From the NCBI GenBank assembly GCA_963727445.1, contig CAVSGI010000009.1, forward strand, positions 192,001 to 256,000: a stretch of DNA of 64,000 nt, written 5' to 3'. The stretch comes from an uncultured delta proteobacterium (GTDB lineage: Bacteria; Myxococcota_A; Polyangia; Polyangiales; B10-G4). The notes beneath the pieces were generated by a model, which had not been told where the DNA came from, did no database searches, and saw only the letters and a program-made list of their open reading frames with translations. The translations under genes were made by a program, and so were the position numbers. Shown here piece by piece: positions 57,168 to 64,000 of this stretch (within the stretch, counting starts at the first letter, position 1; every line of letters starts with the position of its first letter).

Positions 57168-59222
57168 ATGTACCGATTCCTCGTGGCGATCCCCCTGTCG
57201 CTCCTCGTCGCCTGCGACGGAGATGATGCGGTCGGGGACGCGGGGACGGCCGATTCGTCGATCTCCTTCGACGCCGCCGGTCTCGACGTCACGCCGCCCG
57301 AGCCGCCGGAGTCGGTGCTGATCACCCCCTGTCCCGAAGGTTGGTCCGAGGTGACGGGTGACGTGACCACGTGCGAGCCGTGGCCGCTCGGGGAGCCGCC
57401 CTCCTGTGCAGCGCACGAGGCGCGCTTCGTCGGCGACCCGGCGTGCGCGCGCGTGGGGACCGAGTGCCCCGCCGACGGTTGGCCTGCCGACCTGCCGAGC
57501 GCGGGCGACGTTCGCTACGTGCGAGAAGGCGGCAGCGGCGTCGGGACGCGGGATGATCCTTTCGGCACTCTCGGCGAAGCGCTGGTCGGAGCGTCCGCGA
57601 CGACCGTCGTCGCGCTCGCGGTCGGGAACCATGACGCAGCGGTCGATCTCCCCGATGGTGTCTCGGTCGTCGGCGCCTGCGTCGAAGGCACCGTCGTCAC
57701 CAGCGACGTCGCGTCCCTGGACCACGGCGTGTTCACCGTCACCGGGGCGGACGTCGAGATCCGCAATCTGCGGATCAGCGCCAGCGAGCGGGGCGGGATC
57801 ATCATGGCGGGTGAAGGTCGGTCCGCCACCGTTCGCGACGTCGTGATCGCGGATATGCGGCCGGTCGGGATCGACGTGGAGTTTGGCGCGACCCTCGACG
57901 CCGAGAACGTCGCCATCCGGCGCGTCTCGACGACCACCACGGGGCAATTCGGCCGAGGGATCACCGTGGAGAACGGGGCGACCGCGAACCTGCGCCGCGT
58001 GGACGTCGAGGACACGGTGGAGTTCGGGATCATCGCGCTCGAGGCGACGGTCACGCTCGAAGACGTCTGGGTCGCCCGGACCGAGGCGCTGCCGACGGGT
58101 GTCGCGGGGCCCGGCGTCGTCGCCTGGCGGTCGGGCAGCGTCAGCGGACAGCGTGTGGTGATCGACGAGAGCACGGACGTGGGGCTCGGCGGAAACGCCG
58201 GAGACATCGATCTCGAGCTCGCGCTCATCCGCGGCACGCGATCCCGACCGATGGAGATGGATCACGGGCGGGGGATCAACGTGGAGGTGGGAACGCAGCT
58301 CGATTGTCGCCGCTGCGTCGTCGAAGACAACGGCGAGTTCGGCATCTTCATCGATGGTGACGGCACCGTCGTGACGCTGAGCCATCTCGTGGTGCGACGA
58401 ACTCACACCGTGTTGGACGGCACGTTCGGACGCGGCATCACCTTGCAGAACGCTGCCGAGGTCGACGTCTCACACGCGCTGCTGGTCGACAACGGAGAAG
58501 TCGGCGTTCTCGCCGGTGGGCCCGTCCCGGCCCACGCAGTCCTGAGCGACATCACCATCCTCCGGATGCAAGAAGCGCCTCGAACGCACATCGGACGCGC
58601 CTTCTCGGTCCAGAACGGCTCGCAGATTCGTGTCGATCGGGGGCTGCTGACGGACCTTCGGGAATCCGCCGTGTTGGTCGGCGATCCGGGATCCAAGATC
58701 ACGCTGAACGATCTGAGGATAGAGGACGTGGCGCCGGTCGAAGCGACCATCGCGGGCGGGCGGGGGATCGTGGTCCAGCAGGGAGGCGCCGCCGAGCTGA
58801 ACCGCGTGGCGATCGCGCGGGTGAACGAGCTCGGCGTTTCCGCCCTCCAGGACGCGGCCTCCGTGACGGCCTCGGATCTGGTGATCGATCACGTGGCGGA
58901 GCTCGCGTGCGAGACCGGGGTCTTCTGCGAAAACGCACCCGGAGGTCATGGCGTCGCCGCTTACGCGACCGCCACCGTGAGCCTCACGCGATTCCGGTTG
59001 ATCGCGGCTCAGATCTGCGGCGTTCACGTCGCGGCGGACGGGACGCTCCACCTGAGCCAGGGCCAGGTCTCCGGCAGCGCGATCGGCGCATGCGTCCAGA
59101 GCGACGCGCAGAGCCTCGCCGATCTTCAGGACGAGGTCGCCTACATCGACAATGGGCGCTCGCTCGACTCCACGAGCTTGCCGGTCCCCGAGCCGCTGAG
59201 TCGGCCGATGGACCCGATGTAG
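57168..59222 (+). CDS. lipoprotein with right-handed parallel beta-helix repeats
   Basis: LLVAC; GTRDDPFGTL; repeated G(R)GIxVxxG / xxVxIxxx units. Confidence 0.85.
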   Translation: MYRFLVAIPLSLLVACDGDDAVGDAGTADSSISFDAAGLDVTPPEPPESVLITPCPEGWSEVTGDVTTCEPWPLGEPPSCAAHEARFVGDPACARVGTECPADGWPADLPSAGDVRYVREGGSGVGTRDDPFGTLGEALVGASATTVVALAVGNHDAAVDLPDGVSVVGACVEGTVVTSDVASLDHGVFTVTGADVEIRNLRISASERGGIIMAGEGRSATVRDVVIADMRPVGIDVEFGATLDAENVAIRRVSTTTTGQFGRGITVENGATANLRRVDVEDTVEFGIIALEATVTLEDVWVARTEALPTGVAGPGVVAWRSGSVSGQRVVIDESTDVGLGGNAGDIDLELALIRGTRSRPMEMDHGRGINVEVGTQLDCRRCVVEDNGEFGIFIDGDGTVVTLSHLVVRRTHTVLDGTFGRGITLQNAAEVDVSHALLVDNGEVGVLAGGPVPAHAVLSDITILRMQEAPRTHIGRAFSVQNGSQIRVDRGLLTDLRESAVLVGDPGSKITLNDLRIEDVAPVEATIAGGRGIVVQQGGAAELNRVAIARVNELGVSALQDAASVTASDLVIDHVAELACETGVFCENAPGGHGVAAYATATVSLTRFRLIAAQICGVHVAADGTLHLSQGQVSGSAIGACVQSDAQSLADLQDEVAYIDNGRSLDSTSLPVPEPLSRPMDPM

Positions 59223-59264
59223 GCAGAGCTTCCCGAACCATCTCGCCAGCGCGTACCATCGGGC

Positions 59265-59852
59265 ATGTACGTGCGAGCCGCGGCCCTCCTCGTCTTGTCG
59301 GTGACGATTTGTTGTGGTGGTGCTGCGTCCACCCGGGAGGAACCCGAGGTCCGGCCCGTCGCCTCGGGTGAGCATGGCGGTGAGTCGGAGGCGCCCGTCG
59401 CGGAGTCCACTGCTGACGAGACACCCGCCATGGACCGGGTCAGCAAGTCCGAGCTCGCGCGTCGCGTCTTCGAGGCCGTCCAGGCCCACGACTTCGAGAG
59501 CTACAGGCAATACGCACCTCGGCCCGAGGACCTGATCGCAGCGCTACCGAATCTGACGGATGAGCGCGCCGGCGCCCTGCACGCCGAGATGATGGCGCAA
59601 CAGCAGATGATGTTCGAAGAAGCGATCGCCCGAGGAGAGCACGAGGGCATCGTCTGGGTCGACGCGATTTTTCGTGAGGCGCAACAGAACGGATCCGAGC
59701 GTCGCCCCAACATCTTCATCGTATTCGAGCACGGAGGCGAGCCCTACTCCATGAAGATGGACGACTGCATCGAGACGGAGCGCGGCTGGGTCGTCGGCGA
59801 CTACCTCGCTACCCCGCAGCACGGTGAGTCGCGCCGCGATCCGGTGGACTGA
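59265..59852 (+). CDS. hypothetical lipoprotein
   Basis: Signal ending TICCGG; TACCAT hexamer 5 nt before ATG. Confidence 0.7.
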   Translation: MYVRAAALLVLSVTICCGGAASTREEPEVRPVASGEHGGESEAPVAESTADETPAMDRVSKSELARRVFEAVQAHDFESYRQYAPRPEDLIAALPNLTDERAGALHAEMMAQQQMMFEEAIARGEHEGIVWVDAIFREAQQNGSERRPNIFIVFEHGGEPYSMKMDDCIETERGWVVGDYLATPQHGESRRDPVD

Positions 59853-59855
59853 ACG

Positions 59856-61454
59856 CTACGGCGGCAGCTCGCAGATGAAAGGTCGACTGTCGTTGCAGCG
59901 CTTGGATCTCCATCTGTCATCGTAGCGGGAGAAGTTCGCGCAGTCGTAGGAGGAGGAGCTCTCCCAGTTGGTGAAGGTCGGCGTCGACCCGTCTACGACC
60001 CACACGAAGGCTCCCGCACCGTTGCGTTGGAGACCGATCCACCATTCGGCGTTGTCCACGATGTTGGCTTGCGTGTAGACCCAGCTGTTCTCGCCAGCCG
60101 TCTCCAAGGCGACCATGTCATAGCCATACGACTGGCACACCGTCCTCGCGTTGTCGAAGGGCATCGGCGTGTCGCAGAAGAGATACGGTTCGTCGCCCAT
60201 TCGCACGAAAGCGCACGCAGGGCACGCCGCCGCCGAGTCCACGAGGCCGTCGCAGTCGTCGTCGATCCCATTGCACCGCTCGGTCATCGGCCCGCGCGCG
60301 CCGACGCAGCCGCCCCACGCGCCCGACATGCACGTCTCGGTGCCGGCCGTGCACGCGCCGACGTCCATCCCGCACGGTCGGGTCATGCCGTTGGTACAGT
60401 CGCAGCCCTCGTCGACCATGCCGTCGCAATCCTCGTCGGCCGTTCCGTCGCAGGTCTCCGCCGTGGGCATGGTCGCCCCCGCGCACGCGGCCCACGTCCC
60501 ACCCATGCACGACTGGCTCCCCGCCGCGCATGCGCCGACGTCACTCCCGCACGGGCGCGAAGAGCCCGCGGAGCACATACATCCCTCGTCGACGGTTCCG
60601 TCGCAGCTCTCGTCGACGGTTCCGTCACACGTCTCCATCGCCGGACCGACACCGCCTTCGCACGCGCCCCACATCCCCGCGTCGTCACAGGTCTCCGTCC
60701 CGGGAGAGCACGCGCCCACCGCGCTTCCGCACGGCTGCGTCTGACCGATGGTGCACTCGCATCCTTCGTCGACCATCCCGTCGCAGTCTTCGTCGTCGAC
60801 TCCGTCGCAGGTCTCCATCGCGGGCACGCATTCCTGACCCATGCAGCCGAGATCCGGATCGCAGGTCTCGCCCTCTGCACACCGGTTGTCCCGCGCGACC
60901 CGCAGGCAAGCGCCGCCGACGCACAGCCCCTGCAAGCAGACGTTCTGGTCCGACTCGCAGTCCGACGAGACGGCGCAGTCTGGCGCTCCGCAGGCGTCCA
61001 GGTTGCCCGGATGGCAGAGGGGGGTGATGCACCTGCCGCCGACGCACTCGGTGGCGGTCCGGTCACCGCCGAGCGCGGGGCATTCGACGCCGGCGCAGTC
61101 CCGAGTGATGACGACGGTGACGCCGTACGTGCCCTCGACGTCGAACTCGGTGCGCCGCGACGCGACGGTCGACCCGTCGGCCGAGAGGAGCGAGACGACG
61201 AGCTCGTGGTCACCCAGGGGCACGTCGTCGTATTCAGCGACGCGTCTCCCCGACGCGAAGTCCAGCCCTTCGGCGGCGGCCACCCCGATGGGGACGCCGT
61301 CGTCGAGCACGACGTCGGCGCTCGTGAATTCCACACCGGGCAGGTAGTCGGTGCGCAGGTCGACGACGAGGCCTGCCGGCTCCTCACTGCATGCTGCGAG
61401 CGCCACCGCGGGAGCTGCGAAGAGCAGCGCGGCGAGGGCGTGGAGGCGAGGCAT
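59856..61454 (-). CDS. Cys-rich repeat lipoprotein with C-terminal C-type lectin domain
   Basis: ALAAC; three about 59-aa ETCDGxxDExCDGxVDEGC repeats plus one partial; CTLD signature YLFC..AR..C...WIGL...W.DG....NW...C...W...C...FICE. Confidence 0.88.
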   Translation of the reverse strand: MPRLHALAALLFAAPAVALAACSEEPAGLVVDLRTDYLPGVEFTSADVVLDDGVPIGVAAAEGLDFASGRRVAEYDDVPLGDHELVVSLLSADGSTVASRRTEFDVEGTYGVTVVITRDCAGVECPALGGDRTATECVGGRCITPLCHPGNLDACGAPDCAVSSDCESDQNVCLQGLCVGGACLRVARDNRCAEGETCDPDLGCMGQECVPAMETCDGVDDEDCDGMVDEGCECTIGQTQPCGSAVGACSPGTETCDDAGMWGACEGGVGPAMETCDGTVDESCDGTVDEGCMCSAGSSRPCGSDVGACAAGSQSCMGGTWAACAGATMPTAETCDGTADEDCDGMVDEGCDCTNGMTRPCGMDVGACTAGTETCMSGAWGGCVGARGPMTERCNGIDDDCDGLVDSAAACPACAFVRMGDEPYLFCDTPMPFDNARTVCQSYGYDMVALETAGENSWVYTQANIVDNAEWWIGLQRNGAGAFVWVVDGSTPTFTNWESSSSYDCANFSRYDDRWRSKRCNDSRPFICELPP

Positions 61455-61492
61455 CTCGCCCAGGATACGCCACCTCGCGTCCCTGGTCAGAT

Positions 61493-63235
61493 TCAGCCGC
61501 GACCCTTCTTCTTCCTCTTCATGTCGGGGCGAGGCTTTCGATGGGGCTTGGGTCGCGGCTTGGCGTGGCCCTTGGAGCCTCGCTCGCGAGAGGGGGGGCT
61601 CGGGCGCGCGACCGAGACCCGGATGTCTCGACCCCGCAGGCGAACGTTCTCCCTTCCCGCGAGAACGCGGTCCGCGAGGTCGCGGTCCACACGGACGAAA
61701 GTCTTGTGGGGCAGGATCGTGATCCGCCCGACCTGGCTGCGGTTCGCCGAGAAGTCGTTGGTGAGCGCGCCGACCACGTCCGCCGGGCGGATGCCGCGAG
61801 ACTTGCCGACGGGGAGAAAGAGATCGACGCCCTCTCGGTCGACTTCGCCGCCTCCACGCTGTTGCGCGGGCTTCTTCACCCACGCAGGCGGCGCACTGCT
61901 GGGATGGCCCGTCGGGTCGACTCCCCGCTCGCGCGCCAGGATGCCGAGCGCCGCGCGCGCGACTTCCTCCGGCGTGTGCTCGAGGGCGAGCTCCTCGACG
62001 AGTTGGTGCTCGACGGGTGTCGGCTCCCGCTGCATGGCCTCCGCCAGCTCGGCTGCGAGTCGCTGCCGCTTGCGGGCGTCCACGTCGGCGTCCGTGGGCA
62101 CTGGCACCTTGTCGATGGTCACGCGCAGCGCCCGCGTGAGCGTGCGCATCTTCGCCGACTCTCGCGGCGTCACCAGGCTGATCGCCATTCCCGGGCGTCC
62201 CGCGCGTCCCGTCCGGCCGATGCGGTGCACGTAGCTCTCGTTGTCGTCGGGGAGGTCGAGGTTGATCACGTGAGAGATGTGCTCGACGTCGATCCCACGC
62301 GCGGCGACGTCGGTCGCAACCAGCACGTCGATGCGCCGATTGCGGAATCCGTCGAGGACCTTCTCGCGCGCGGCCTGGCTGAGGTCTCCGTGAAGAGCGT
62401 CTACGGAGAAGCCCCGCCCGGCGAGGTCCTCCGCGACGTCGGCGCAGCCCAGCCTCGTGCGCGCGAAGACCAGCGTGGCATCTCTGTCTTCGGTGGCGAG
62501 GATGCGCAGCAGTGCGTCGAGCTTGAAGCGTTGGGGCACGACCATGCCGCGCTGCTCGATGTGGCTCGTTTCGAGGGCGCCGGCCTCCACCTGGATCTCC
62601 AGTGGATCGGACAGGTGTGCCTCGGCCACCTTGCGGATCGCCGGCGGCATCGTCGCGGAGAAGAGCGCGACCTGTCGTCCCTCCGGCGAGGCGGCGATGA
62701 TGCGCTCCACGTCTTCGATGAAGCCCATGCGCAGCATCTCGTCGGCCTCGTCCAGGACGAGGAGCGACAGCTGCGAGAGGTCGAGGCTGCCGCGCTCGAG
62801 ATGGTCGATCACGCGTCCGGGGGTGCCGACCACGATGGGGACGCCTCGAGACAGCGCCTGGAGCTGGGGACGGTAGGCGGCTCCTCCGTAGATGGTCGCC
62901 ACCCGCAGGGGCAACCCGTGGGCGAAGCTCTCGAAGGCCTCGGTGACCTGGAGGGCCAGTTCGCGCGTCGGTGCGAGCACCAGCGCGTGCACGCCCTTGG
63001 CCCCCGCAGCCAGCTTCGTGAGGAGTGGGAGCCCGAAGGCGGCCGTCTTGCCAGAGCCGGTGCGCGCCCGGGCGATCACGTCCCGTCCGCTCAGGATGGC
63101 AGGGATGGTCTGCCGCTGAATCGGGGTCGGCTCGGAGAAGCCCAGGTGTTTCACGGCTTCGAGAATGCGGGGATCGAGGGAGAGCGCCTCGAAGCCGGCC
63201 TCCGTCTCGGGGGCAGCGTCGGAATTTTCGGACAT
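61493..63235 (-). CDS. deaD: DEAD-box RNA helicase, DeaD/CsdA-like, with DbpA-type C-terminal RNA-binding domain
   Basis: FEALSL...PTPIQ, ARTGSGKT, LDEADEML, HRIGRTGRAG, C-terminal LFLPVGK..GIRPADVVGAL.....VGRI. Confidence 0.88.
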   Translation of the reverse strand: MSENSDAAPETEAGFEALSLDPRILEAVKHLGFSEPTPIQRQTIPAILSGRDVIARARTGSGKTAAFGLPLLTKLAAGAKGVHALVLAPTRELALQVTEAFESFAHGLPLRVATIYGGAAYRPQLQALSRGVPIVVGTPGRVIDHLERGSLDLSQLSLLVLDEADEMLRMGFIEDVERIIAASPEGRQVALFSATMPPAIRKVAEAHLSDPLEIQVEAGALETSHIEQRGMVVPQRFKLDALLRILATEDRDATLVFARTRLGCADVAEDLAGRGFSVDALHGDLSQAAREKVLDGFRNRRIDVLVATDVAARGIDVEHISHVINLDLPDDNESYVHRIGRTGRAGRPGMAISLVTPRESAKMRTLTRALRVTIDKVPVPTDADVDARKRQRLAAELAEAMQREPTPVEHQLVEELALEHTPEEVARAALGILARERGVDPTGHPSSAPPAWVKKPAQQRGGGEVDREGVDLFLPVGKSRGIRPADVVGALTNDFSANRSQVGRITILPHKTFVRVDRDLADRVLAGRENVRLRGRDIRVSVARPSPPSRERGSKGHAKPRPKPHRKPRPDMKRKKKGRG

Positions 63236-63284
63236 CAGAGTCGACGGGTGATGACAGGTCGGAGCGGCACGCGCCAGGCGTAAC

Positions 63285-64000
63285 TCAGCGGGAGTACGCC
63301 CTGGCTCCTGCGAGCGGCAGGACCACGCCGGCGAGGATGAGCAACGCACCGACGATCTCGCGGGCGGCGGGAACCACGCCGAGGACGAGGATCGACAGCA
63401 CGAAGGCGAAGACGGGAGTCGTCAACGTGATCAGCTTCGTCCGAGACGCCGTGATGTGGCGGGCGGCGAACATCAAACAAAGTCGGCTGACGAAGGGGCC
63501 GCAGAAAGCGGCGGCGGCGGCCATCAGCCACGCGCGCATCGGGACCTCGGCCAGCACGCCCTGGGGCAGGAGATAGATCCCGAGCACCGCGACGGCGAGG
63601 ACGAGACGGATGACGTTGACGAAGACCGGATCGATGTCGCGGATGACCTTGCGCGTGTAGACCAGCATCGCTCCGAAGGAGACTGAGGCGACGAGCGCGA
63701 AGAGGACGCCTTTGACGCTCACGCGCGCCGCGCCCGGATCGTCGAGCGAGAGCACCGCGAAACCCGCGACCGCGAAGGTCGCCCCGATGACGAAGGTGGG
63801 GGTGATGCGCTCCTCGAGGAAGGCCCACGCGCCGAGCCCCACCACGAAGATCTGGGTCTGGAGAATGGTGCTGGTCAGGCCGGGATCGAGGTGACCGAGC
63901 GCCTCGGCCACACCGATGTTGCCGCCGATGGTGAGCAGACCGAGGACGACGGCGGCGCGAAGGTTCGCGCGACGATGGCTCGGTTGTCTCTCGCTGCGGC
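63285..64000 (-). CDS. DMT/EamA family transporter (partial, start beyond the window)
   Basis: Multi-TM; AWAFLEERI, PVFAFVLSILVLG, IVGALLILAGV. Confidence 0.88.
   Translation of the reverse strand, partial: RSERQPSHRRANLRAAVVLGLLTIGGNIGVAEALGHLDPGLTSTILQTQIFVVGLGAWAFLEERITPTFVIGATFAVAGFAVLSLDDPGAARVSVKGVLFALVASVSFGAMLVYTRKVIRDIDPVFVNVIRLVLAVAVLGIYLLPQGVLAEVPMRAWLMAAAAAFCGPFVSRLCLMFAARHITASRTKLITLTTPVFAFVLSILVLGVVPAAREIVGALLILAGVVLPLAGARAYSR

Noticed and set aside
60240..60830. CRISPR-like or mobile DNA repeats
   Set aside because: The repeats are degenerate in-frame protein repeats with no unique spacers and no cas or transposase genes.
1..64000. tRNA, rRNA, prophage, IS element or anti-phage defence system
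   Set aside because: None was recognised by eye. Short structured RNAs could have been missed without covariance-model scans.

Overview
A gene-dense, very GC-rich (about 70% by eye) bacterial chromosomal segment with about 55 CDSs. I recognised no rRNA, tRNA, CRISPR array, transposase, integrase or phage gene. A MYXO-CTERM-like tail, an AglS-like ExbD, an AgmX/PglI-type C-terminal domain and many Cys-rich lipoproteins with DAG/DGG linkers point to Myxococcota, probably Polyangiales/Sandaracinaceae-like (inference). Core and metabolic genes include a long GlmS variant, two DEAD-box helicases, an RRM protein, a MacAB-like ABC exporter, a Zn alcohol dehydrogenase, a molybdopterin oxidoreductase, an aldo-keto reductase, a class II aldolase and a sterol-desaturase-family enzyme. 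The most notable items are: (1) a translationally coupled operon of a tandem double ATP-grasp ligase, an AblB-like beta-lysine acetyltransferase and an amidohydrolase, with no lysine aminomutase nearby and with two genes each interrupted by one extra base at the same CGGATTC motif in the same codon phase; (2) an RRM gene whose TGA is in frame with an RhlE-like helicase that has no canonical start codon before its Q-motif; (3) an orphan MauG-type diheme enzyme; (4) a calmodulin-like EF-hand gene placed directly before an orphan histidine kinase; (5) a lipoprotein with a clan-CD-like His/Cys dyad; (6) many apparently leaderless promoters, both TANNNT-type and sigma54-type. All functional calls come from motif recognition by eye; no database search was run.
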